Source of the DNA: a virus
Lineage: Duplodnaviria; Heunggongvirae; Uroviricota; Caudoviricetes
Reading direction: 5' to 3' (one strand)
IMG/VR virus record: IMGVR_UViG_3300021399_000109
Span: 94,710 to 158,709 of that record
DNA length: 64,000 bases
Part shown: piece after piece, positions 17,759-24,811 of the stretch
Position numbering within the stretch: the first letter of the stretch is position 1
Layout: every line of letters begins with the position of its first letter
Program-made: the position numbers and the translations under genes
Notes under the pieces: model-generated
Databases searched by the model: none
Seen by the model: the letters and a program-made list of their open reading frames with translations, nothing else
Told to the model about the DNA's origin: nothing

Positions 17759-17787
17759 TTGACAAAAGCAACAAAATATGTTAAGAT
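17759..17787 (+). promoter_or_regulatory. promoter copy 2 of the tandem pair; 20 bp upstream of tRNA-Gln
   Basis: AAAAAAGTGCTTGACAAAAGCAACAAAATATGTTAAGATAAT. Confidence 0.55.
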
Positions 17788-17806
17788 AATAATGTAAGAT
17801 AAATAA

Positions 17807-17878
17807 AGGGCTATAGCCAAGCGGTAAGGCACAGGACTTTGACTCCTGCATTCGTTGGTTCGAATCCAACTAGCCCTG
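17807..17878 (+). tRNA. tRNA-Gln (anticodon TTG)
   Basis: Cloverleaf: acceptor AGGGCTA/TAGCCCT, anticodon stem CAGGA/TCCTG with loop CTTTGAC, T-arm GTTGG-TTCGAAT-CCAAC. Confidence 0.8.
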
Positions 17879-18632
17879 TTTATAGGGTGGATTTCACATC
17901 CTTTAAGATAAACGTAGTAATACGGATAAAGCAATGACCATCCATACAGGTTGTTGCGACTTATAAAAAGAAATTTTTATGAGTTCACTGGAAAATCAAT
18001 ATGGCAGACATCCTATCTAAACCTGAGAGCCAATCGGTGTAAGGCATGGTAGGTTGGGAATCTTGAAATAGGTTCTAAATAATAATCGCAGAAATGCGTG
18101 GATTGCCAATTGCTTTTAGGTACAACTGTCGCAAACGGAAGTGCTTAACTGATTGTGATTTCATATCTTAAATCGAAAGATAGGTATTGTATTACAAATT
18201 ATACTCGCAAAGTGTAAAGGATTGCGGTGAGTGGGCTGTACTCAAAAGGTATAGATGCTCAAACGTATGCCCCGTAATTCATAAAGTGTGGAACTTCAAT
18301 GCTAATGGAGATAAGAAGATAGTGTGAGCAAAAGTGCATACGGCTTACAACTGAAAACTGACTTATTCATCTGAAATATGATGACATGTGGAACTCGCAA
18401 AGTGAAACATGAAGGAGTACAAGTAGATGCAACTCTAACAGCCTGCAAGCTGTGAATCTCGCAAGGAAGAATGTGTTGAACGGAAACTTATGAAGGTGTA
18501 AGCAGTAGTTCTGCCTGTGACCAAAGCAGGTGTCAGTTCATAGCTACAGATTAATCATCTGTGTGACTGGCTTGTTCCAACGCAAGTAAATGCTATGAAA
18601 ATAGGGTCAAAAGTCTCAGCCCTAAAATTTAA
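17879..18632 (+). ncRNA. large structured noncoding RNA candidate (GOLLD/ROOL-class ornate large RNA) between tRNA-Gln and tRNA-Glu
   Basis: About 750 nt with no plausible ORF. GC is visibly higher (about 40%) than the flanks (about 25%). Many local and long-range complementary segments. Repeated ACUCGCAAAGUG-like blocks at about 18203, 18392 and 18464. Flanked by tRNAs and downstream of tandem strong promoters, as reported for GOLLD and ROOL RNAs in phages. Confidence 0.5.
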
Positions 18633-18704
18633 GGTCGGTTAGTCAAGTGGTTAAGACACAAGGTTTTCATCCTTGGAACAGGAGTTCAATTCTCCTACCG
18701 ACTA
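18633..18704 (+). tRNA. tRNA-Glu (anticodon TTC)
   Basis: Acceptor GGTCGGT/ACCGACT, anticodon stem CAAGG/CCTTG with loop TTTTCAT, T-arm AGGAG-TTCAATT-CTCCT. Confidence 0.75.
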
Positions 18705-18757
18705 TTTTCATGTTTGGTTAAAATTAGTTTATTAATAGAGAAAGGGGAAAACAAAAC

Positions 18758-18940
18758 ATGAGTAAGAAAGAGAAAAAGCGAAAAATTAAACTTTATTTTA
18801 AAGACGGAAAAACTGATACTATTCCGCAAAAACTTTGGGATGATTATGAAGTAAATAATGACCTCTTTGTGGTTAAAAAGAATGGTGAGTGGATAGCTTT
18901 TTATAAAATGGAAACTATTGACTGCATGGTAGTCGGTTAA
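18758..18940 (+). CDS. hypothetical small protein
   Basis: RBS AGAAAGGGGAAAACAAAACATG. Lies between tRNA-Glu and the next ORF. Confidence 0.4.
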   Translation: MSKKEKKRKIKLYFKDGKTDTIPQKLWDDYEVNNDLFVVKKNGEWIAFYKMETIDCMVVG

Positions 18941-19004
18941 AATTTTAAAACAGTAAAAGTTAAATCAATTATTAATTAAATATTATCAAACAAAGGAGAA
19001 AAAA

Positions 19005-19646
19005 ATGAAAACAGAAACGATGACAGTACACGAAGCACTTTCAGAAATTAAGGTAGCAGGTAAAAGAATTACATCTACTCTTTTTGAGATGGATGTAGTA
19101 ACAGCTAATAGAAAGAATGCCACTAAAATTAACGGTATTGAACCAGAAAAGTTCAATGCACAAGCAAAGGCAGATTTTCAGTCTGTTACAGACCTTTGGG
19201 CAAGACTTACTGCCATGAAAGCGGCAATTGCTACTTACAATGCTAGTCAGAAAATTACCGTAGGTGATAAGGAATATACAATTGCAGAAGCAATTTATAT
19301 GAAAGAATATGGTATGCCCCTGAAGCAGACTTTTGTTAATACGCTGAATAAGCAGTATCAGAGTGCTGTAAATAAGGTAACAACGGAAAACTCAGACTCT
19401 AAGCTTGGTGCTACTGCTGAAAGACTTGCAACTGCAAGCTTTGGTTCTAAGGATAAGGCTGATGCTGTAGAAATGGAAAAGTTCATTACTACATATAAGG
19501 AAAATAATCAGTTTATTCTGATTGACCCTATTAATGTAAAGGCGATTATTACAGAACTTCAGTCTGAAATTGATACCTTTGAAGCTAAAGTTGATTCTGC
19601 AATTCAGATTGCAAATGCAACACATACAATTACCATTGAATATTAA
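19005..19646 (+). CDS. hypothetical protein (213 aa) inside the tRNA cluster
   Basis: RBS CAAAGGAGAAAAAAATG. Codon usage is more GC-rich than neighbouring genes. Confidence 0.55.
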   Translation: MKTETMTVHEALSEIKVAGKRITSTLFEMDVVTANRKNATKINGIEPEKFNAQAKADFQSVTDLWARLTAMKAAIATYNASQKITVGDKEYTIAEAIYMKEYGMPLKQTFVNTLNKQYQSAVNKVTTENSDSKLGATAERLATASFGSKDKADAVEMEKFITTYKENNQFILIDPINVKAIITELQSEIDTFEAKVDSAIQIANATHTITIEY

Positions 19647-20124
19647 TGGGTATTAAAATATAATAAAAAGGAAACTTTTAATATATATACCCATTAGTGA
19701 CGTAAGCCATAAATAAATGTCTCTTCTTTCTTTTTGAACGGATTAGAATGAAGTAAATAAGTTAAATAAATCCGTTAGCAAGTAAGCTTATATAGACTTA
19801 AAATCTATAAAAAGCAATGGACTTTTAATCCATTTTTACAAAAAAATTAGGGTTGTTTTGTGGTTCTTATCAAAGAAAACAGTTTAGTAATAGATTAGGA
19901 AGATAAGAATGCAAAACGTAAACTAGTTATTAATTACTTGTTATTGACTAATAATTATTGATTAAAGATTATTTATTATTTCTTTATTATTAATTATTGT
20001 CTATTTATTATGGGAACTATTTTTTTCCCATTTAATAATTATAGAATCTACGAAGAAGGTTCTGTGCTGTTAGACATTTTGTAAGCCTTGGCTTCGTCCC
20101 GTAGCAGTCACTAATGGGTATTGT

Positions 20125-20214
20125 GCTAAAGTGGCAGAGTGGTTAAATGCACCTGATTGCTAATCAGGCGGTCACAAATAATGTGGCTCATAGGTTCGAA
20201 TCCTATCTTTAGCG
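20125..20214 (+). tRNA. tRNA-Ser (anticodon GCT), class II with long variable arm
   Basis: Acceptor GCTAAAG/CTTTAGC, anticodon stem CCTGA/TCAGG with loop TTGCTAA, long variable arm, T-arm ATAGG-TTCGAAT-CCTAT. Confidence 0.8.
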
Positions 20215-20493
20215 TTACACATTTTATTTATTTAAAATGCTTATTCTACATAAAGAGTTTGTAGACGATGAATTTGGCATCGTAAAAATCTAGCACACTG
20301 TTACAGTAACAGGATAAACTAACTGAGTGGCTAGACACTTAAAACCAAACAATATAGAACAAAAATTGGAGAGGTTTTTATGAGCCTTTGTACCTGTACA
20401 AGACTTAATTTTTATCTTGAGATGAACTGAAAGCTATAGATGAAAGGGAATCAAAAATAGATTGCTTGGCATGTGCCGTTGAACATGCTAATT

Positions 20494-20567
20494 GGTCTGT
20501 TAGTTCAGTTGGTAGTAACACATGTCTGTTAAACATGGGGTCGTAGGTTCAAGTCCTACACAGACCG
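20494..20567 (+). tRNA. tRNA-Asn (anticodon GTT)
   Basis: Acceptor GGTCTGT/ACAGACC, anticodon stem CATGT/ACATG with loop CTGTTAA, T-loop TTCAAGT. Confidence 0.75.
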
Positions 20568-20726
20568 TTCCTGCTGACATTTTTAATATCTGTCAGTGTT
20601 TTGAATATTTTTGTTCATTTCCTTTCTTTGTAGGCTTGGGGAGAAGCCCCTGTAAGTAGTTGATAGTTAAACAATAACCTAAAGTAAATTAAAAAAGGCA
20701 AATATAAATAATAACAAATAATATAA

Positions 20727-20800
20727 TGGGCATTAGCACAACGGTATGAGTGCAGGTGGCTTATAACCATCCGATAAGAGTTCGACTCTCTTATGCCCGA
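20727..20800 (+). tRNA. tRNA-Ile (anticodon TAT; decodes AUA)
   Basis: Acceptor TGGGCAT/ATGCCCG, D-stem GCAC/GTGC, anticodon stem GGTGG/CCATC with loop CTTATAA (TAT at 20762-20764), T-arm AAGAG-TTCGACT-CTCTT. Confidence 0.65.
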
Positions 20801-20805
20801 TTTTA

Positions 20806-20891
20806 GCTTGTATGGCAGAGTTGGCTTAATGCACCAGTCTTGAAAACTGGCAATCCAATTGGATTCGTAGGTTCAAATCCTACTGCAAGCG
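20806..20891 (+). tRNA. tRNA-Ser (anticodon TGA), class II
   Basis: Near-paralog of the Ser(GCT) gene. Anticodon stem CCAGT/ACTGG with loop CTTGAAA, long variable arm, T-loop TTCAAAT. Confidence 0.8.
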
Positions 20892-20921
20892 TTAACTATT
20901 TTTATTTAAGAGGATGGGGAA

Positions 20922-21296
20922 ATGAAGATTAATTGGTTAAGTGAAACATTACTTACTTATGAAGAAGCAATGGAATTATTAGAGCATTCTCATAAGAAAC
21001 GCTTAGAAATGGAAGATAAAAATAAATGGGACGCATATGTAAATGATTTTACATTCTACACATTTCTTAATGATACTTATGGATATATGCTTGATGAGGT
21101 TAAAAAAGAAATTGATATTAATAAGAAAAGTTATTATCCGAAAGTAAAAGAATTATTAGATTGGGAAATATTTTTAAATAAAAGTGATAAATTAATGGAG
21201 GATATTTTAAGAGATAAACCAGAAGGAAAAGATAATATTTGGGAGATTGTAGAAGATTGGTGGAAAATGTTATTTAAATTATTATATGATTGTTAA
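20922..21296 (+). CDS. hypothetical protein (124 aa) flanked by tRNA 3' end repeats
   Basis: RBS AAGAGGATGGGGAAATG. Flanked by tRNA-Ser(TGA) 3' end and a 16-bp copy of that end. Confidence 0.5.
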   Translation: MKINWLSETLLTYEEAMELLEHSHKKRLEMEDKNKWDAYVNDFTFYTFLNDTYGYMLDEVKKEIDINKKSYYPKVKELLDWEIFLNKSDKLMEDILRDKPEGKDNIWEIVEDWWKMLFKLLYDC

Positions 21297-21351
21297 TTTA
21301 AATTATTAATTTATCTACATAGGTTCAAATCCTGTTATTTCTCATTAATTT

Positions 21352-21422
21352 AGGTTGGTAGTACAATGGTAGTACAACGGTCTCCAAAACCGAAAATAGG
21401 GGTTCGATTCCTCTCCTTCCTG
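21352..21422 (+). tRNA. tRNA-Trp-like (anticodon CCA) with imperfect acceptor stem (possible pseudo-tRNA)
   Basis: D-arm GTAC-AATGGTA-GTAC, anticodon stem ACGGT/ACCGA with loop CTCCAAA, T-arm AGGGG-TTCGATT-CCTCT. Acceptor AGGTTGG/CCTTCCT has two central U-U mismatches. Confidence 0.5.
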
Positions 21423-21585
21423 CGCCCCCAGTGATAGGAATGGGTAACTTACTCTATCCGTGTGATATTTGATTCTTTTAACTACGACAACGTAAGAATT
21501 TGGTTAATCTTTTTACTGTTTTCTACGTCAGATAAGTTCACCAAGAAAACAGTTTTTAATTTTATAAGGATAATGTTTTTTATCA

Positions 21586-21660
21586 CGGAATGTAGCAAAG
21601 TGGTTTTTCTGCACACGACTTTTAATCGTGTTTACGTGGGTTCGAATCCCACCATTCCGA
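21586..21660 (+). tRNA. tRNA-Lys (anticodon TTT)
   Basis: Acceptor CGGAATG/CATTCCG, anticodon stem CACGA/TCGTG with loop CTTTTAA, T-arm GTGGG-TTCGAAT-CCCAC. Confidence 0.8.
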
Positions 21661-21662
21661 TT

Positions 21663-21750
21663 AGCCTCATAGTATAATGGAAGACGTTTTAAGCATGTAG
21701 TACACCCTATGGTTTTTGGGAGGTGCAGGTTCGATTCCTGCTGAAGGCTG
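21663..21750 (+). pseudogene. tRNA-like element / degenerate class II tRNA (anticodon not assignable)
   Basis: Good T-arm GCAGG-TTCGATT-CCTGC and a partial acceptor (AGCCT...AGGCT). I could not fold a consistent D-arm or anticodon arm by eye. Confidence 0.3.
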
Positions 21751-21768
21751 TAAGAAAGGAATTAAAAA

Positions 21769-21975
21769 ATGAAAAAAGAAGATTTGGATAAACGTATTTA
21801 TGATGTAGAACCTAATGAGATTTGTACGATGACTTATCGTGAGTATATAGATTGGGGATATGCCGAATTAGGTTATTCAAAAAAAACGGTTGAACAAATG
21901 TTAGACTTAGATAAAATGTCGGAAGATATGTTAAATGATGTATTAGAAGAACTTGATTGGCTATTGAGCAAATAG
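21769..21975 (+). CDS. hypothetical small protein
   Basis: RBS AAGAAAGGAATTAAAAAATG. Confidence 0.4.
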   Translation: MKKEDLDKRIYDVEPNEICTMTYREYIDWGYAELGYSKKTVEQMLDLDKMSEDMLNDVLEELDWLLSK

Positions 21976-21988
21976 GTAAATATATAAA

Positions 21989-22333
21989 ATGTATTATAAA
22001 GATTTTCAAGAAAAAATAATTACAATAATAGATAATGATTATATATTAAATTATAATAATCATACTTTTGATAATAGTTTTATGGAAGTTAATTCTTATG
22101 AAATGTGGCAACATATGAATAAGGATAAACTAAAAATAATTGGAATTAGTTTTAATCCGCCTTATGGTCATTATAGTTATAAAGACGTAGCTTTTGTATT
22201 TAAAGATATAAACAATGAAATATTTTGGATACATCTTACAAGAATCAGTTGGGAACATTATGTTCTTAGTGCCTTTGGAAAAGAAGACGGAGATAAAATT
22301 ATTACTGAAATATATAATAAATATAAAGTATAA
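21989..22333 (+). CDS. hypothetical protein
   Basis: ORF follows closely after the previous gene. Confidence 0.4.
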   Translation: MYYKDFQEKIITIIDNDYILNYNNHTFDNSFMEVNSYEMWQHMNKDKLKIIGISFNPPYGHYSYKDVAFVFKDINNEIFWIHLTRISWEHYVLSAFGKEDGDKIITEIYNKYKV

Positions 22334-22355
22334 AATATAAAAGGAGATAAATGAT

Positions 22356-22583
22356 ATGGAATTTAAAAGAGACATGAGTAAAAACAAAAAGAAAGCACCG
22401 ACAGATTATAAAGTTAATGATAGAGTTTTGGTGTTAACTGGTGATAATAAAGATAAAGTTGGTGTAGTAAAAGGACATTATGATGCTAATCTTATCTTAG
22501 AATTTAAGGGGAACGATGAAATGCCGACTTATACAGATAAAGTTCATTATGCCGAAGTAATCAGATGGTTTGATTGGAGTTAA
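22356..22583 (+). CDS. hypothetical protein
   Basis: RBS AAAAGGAGATAAATGATATG. Confidence 0.45.
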   Translation: MEFKRDMSKNKKKAPTDYKVNDRVLVLTGDNKDKVGVVKGHYDANLILEFKGNDEMPTYTDKVHYAEVIRWFDWS

Positions 22584-22617
22584 GTGAAATAGATAAAAAA
22601 ATTTTTTAAAAAAAAGC

Positions 22618-22646
22618 TTGACAAATTGTTAATTATGTGTTAGTAT
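22618..22646 (+). promoter_or_regulatory. sigma70-type promoter upstream of tRNA(TAA) and the TnpB/Cas12f-like gene
   Basis: TTGACA, 17-bp spacer, TAGTAT. Followed by hairpin TGTCAGATGAAGCGAAACATCTGACA at 22654-22679. Confidence 0.55.
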
Positions 22647-22685
22647 TAATAGTGTCAGATGAAGCGAAACATCTGACAATTATAT

Positions 22686-22761
22686 GCTCCCGTAGCCCAA
22701 TTAGGCAGTAGGCACAGGACTTAAAATCCTTTCAGTATGGGTTCGAATCCCATCGGGAGTA
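22686..22761 (+). tRNA. tRNA with anticodon TAA (Leu, UUA codon) but short variable arm; discriminator A
   Basis: Acceptor GCTCCCG/CGGGAGT, anticodon stem CAGGA/TCCTT with loop CTTAAAA, T-arm ATGGG-TTCGAAT-CCCAT. Preceded by promoter 22618-22646 and a hairpin. Confidence 0.6.
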
Positions 22762-22828
22762 TTTAGCATTAAAAGAATGTATAAATTAAATGCTAATTGA
22801 ATTTATTTTTATCACACGATAAAAACAA

Positions 22829-22849
22829 GTTTGTACAATCTGTACAAAC
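22829..22849. promoter_or_regulatory. perfect 9-3-9 palindrome GTTTGTACA-ATC-TGTACAAAC (operator-like) 43 bp upstream of the nuclease gene
   Basis: The two arms are exact reverse complements. Occurs once in the window. Confidence 0.4.
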
Positions 22850-22891
22850 AAGTTTATAACAACAAAAACAAAAAGCAAAGAAAGGAGCAAT

Positions 22892-24247
22892 ATGTCAAAC
22901 ACACAAATTCTAACACGTAAATTTCAGATTTTTCCAGTAGGAGACAAAGAAGAGATTAATCGAGTTTATCAGTATATTAGAGATTGTCAGTATGTACAAA
23001 ACAAAGCTTATAATATTCTTATTAGTAATGTTTATTCTGCTATTATTTCTGGTAAATCAAAAGAAGAAATTAATCTGATTTATAAAAAAGGTGGAAGAAA
23101 ACCTAAAGAGAATAATCCAGATTATAGTCTTTATAATTATAATGATTTTAAAGTACCTGTAGGATTAACAATAATAGGGGCACTTCCTCAAACAGTAAAA
23201 AATGATTTAAAAACTGCTCAAAAGGCAGGATTATTTAAAGGTAACTCTGCTTTACCTAATAGAAGAAGAACGGCTAGTTTAAATATTCAACCTATATATG
23301 TTAGATTAAGAGATATTAATTTACGTAACCCTAAAATAACTTCTAAAACTGGTATTTATCATACCTATTCTTCTTATAATGATTTTTTAGATAATTTATA
23401 TTCTAAAAGAGAATTAGATATTTATCTTGCATTTGCGAATAATATTACTTTTAAATTTGTGTTAGGAAATCCTTATAAATCCTATCAAGATAGAAATATT
23501 TTACAGCATATTTTTGAAGAAGATTATTTAGTTAAGGGAAGTTCAATCTCTTTTGATAAGACTAATAAAAAAATTATGTTAAATCTGAGTATGGAAATAC
23601 CTAAAAAAGAGATTGAATTAAAAGAGGATGTCGTAGTAGGAGTTGATGTAGGATTAGCCATTCCTGCTGTTTGTGGATTAAATATAAATTCATATGCGAG
23701 AGAATACATTGGTTCTAAGGATGATTTTTTACGAGTTAGAACACAGATTTCTAATGAATGTAAAAGAGTTCAGAAGAATTTAAAAATGATTAAAGGTGGT
23801 CATGGACGTAAGAAAAAAATGAAACCTTTAGATAGATTCAGATTAAAAGAAAAAAATTTTGTTCAGACCTACAATCATATGGTCAGTAAACGTGTTGTTG
23901 ACTTTGCCGTAAAAAATCATGCAAAATATATTAATCTAGAAAATCTTAAAGGATATGATGCCAATATATTTATTTTAAGAAATTGGTCATATCATCAGCT
24001 TCAGCGGTATATTAAATACAAAGCTGAAAAATACGGAATAGAAACAAGAATGATTGACCCTTATCATACATCTCAGATTTGTTCTTGCTGTGGTCATTGG
24101 GAAGAAGGTCAAAGAATTAACCAATCAACTTTTATTTGTAAAAATCCTGAATGTAAAAATTTTGGAATAAAAATAAACGCTGATTTTAATGCTTCAAGGA
24201 ATATAGCATTATCTACAAATTTTATATCTGCCGATTCTGCCGAATAA
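22892..24247 (+). CDS. compact RNA-guided-nuclease-like protein (TnpB/Cas12f-like, 451 aa) with split RuvC and zinc finger
   Basis: RuvC-I VVVGVDVGLAIP. RuvC-II YINLENL. Zinc finger CSCCGHWEEGQRINQSTFICKNPEC. RuvC-III INADFNASRNIA. RBS AAAGAAAGGAGCAATATG. A CRISPR-like array lies 185 bp downstream. Confidence 0.8.
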   Translation: MSNTQILTRKFQIFPVGDKEEINRVYQYIRDCQYVQNKAYNILISNVYSAIISGKSKEEINLIYKKGGRKPKENNPDYSLYNYNDFKVPVGLTIIGALPQTVKNDLKTAQKAGLFKGNSALPNRRRTASLNIQPIYVRLRDINLRNPKITSKTGIYHTYSSYNDFLDNLYSKRELDIYLAFANNITFKFVLGNPYKSYQDRNILQHIFEEDYLVKGSSISFDKTNKKIMLNLSMEIPKKEIELKEDVVVGVDVGLAIPAVCGLNINSYAREYIGSKDDFLRVRTQISNECKRVQKNLKMIKGGHGRKKKMKPLDRFRLKEKNFVQTYNHMVSKRVVDFAVKNHAKYINLENLKGYDANIFILRNWSYHQLQRYIKYKAEKYGIETRMIDPYHTSQICSCCGHWEEGQRINQSTFICKNPECKNFGIKINADFNASRNIALSTNFISADSAE

Positions 24248-24370
24248 AATCGGCAAATATAAATAAATTATATAGAAATATATACGGCTTGCTTTGAAGC
24301 CGAAAGGTGAGGTTATTTTTATAATATAAAATTTATATTAGATATTTTTAATACTTAATATAAATAAAAT

Positions 24371-24397
24371 GACACTCACTAAAAACCTTGTAAAAAT
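24371..24397. ncRNA. candidate anti-repeat (tracrRNA-like) segment between the nuclease gene and the array
   Basis: ACTAAAAACCTTGTAAAAATAA contains AACCTTGT, complementary to ACAAGGTT of the repeat. It lies in a 185-bp ORF-free spacer that also has hairpins at 24230-24254 and 24285-24302. Confidence 0.3.
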
Positions 24398-24431
24398 AAA
24401 ATTATAAAAAATATATAATAATTTATTAAGG

Positions 24432-24730
24432 CTTTATAGTCTATAAAAATAATAAGGTTACAAAGGGATGATGCCATCTTCATGGCTTCTGGACTGGTTT
24501 TATAACCTATAAAAATAACAAGGTTACAAAGGAAGTGAGTCTTATGAATCTCAGGGCATAATGTTTTGTAGCTTATAAAAATAACAAGGTTACGAAGTAC
24601 AAATGGCTTAATATCACCATTTGTGAACAGTTTTATAGCCTATAAGAATAACAAGGTTACGAAGGTTATCCAGAATATATCCTTTGTATGTCTTAGTTTT
24701 ATAACCTATAAAAATAATAAGGTTACGAAA
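24432..24730. CRISPR. CRISPR-like mini-array: 5 repeats of 34 nt (consensus TTTTATAACCTATAAAAATAACAAGGTTACGAAG) and 4 unique spacers of 32-33 nt
   Basis: Repeats at 24432-24465, 24498-24531, 24564-24597, 24631-24664 and 24697-24730, with 1-5 substitutions each. Spacers at 24466-24497, 24532-24563, 24598-24630 and 24665-24696 are unrelated to each other. The repeat has an internal hairpin TTTTATA/TATAAAA. The R1 end is the most degenerate. An A-rich leader-like tract lies at 24731-24790. Confidence 0.75.
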
Positions 24731-24811
24731 AATTAATAAAAAATAAATAAACAAAAATAAAAAACGAAATAAATAAACATTAATCATTACAGAAAGGAGG
24801 TCACTTATGAG

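Noticed and set aside
17564-17797. 77-aa plus-strand ORF
   Set aside because: It spans the two tandem promoters and runs into tRNA-Gln. Its start lies inside the upstream gene. It is a promoter region, not a gene.
18050-18640. Possible tmRNA or group I intron interpretation of the large GC-rich noncoding segment
   Set aside because: The tRNA-like end is a complete ordinary tRNA-Glu, and no tag-peptide reading frame with a resume codon is evident. There is no interrupted host gene for an intron and no obvious P7-type core. A GOLLD/ROOL-class RNA remains the favoured but unproven call.
21462-21677. 71-aa plus-strand ORF
   Set aside because: It overlaps tRNA-Lys and the tRNA-like element entirely.
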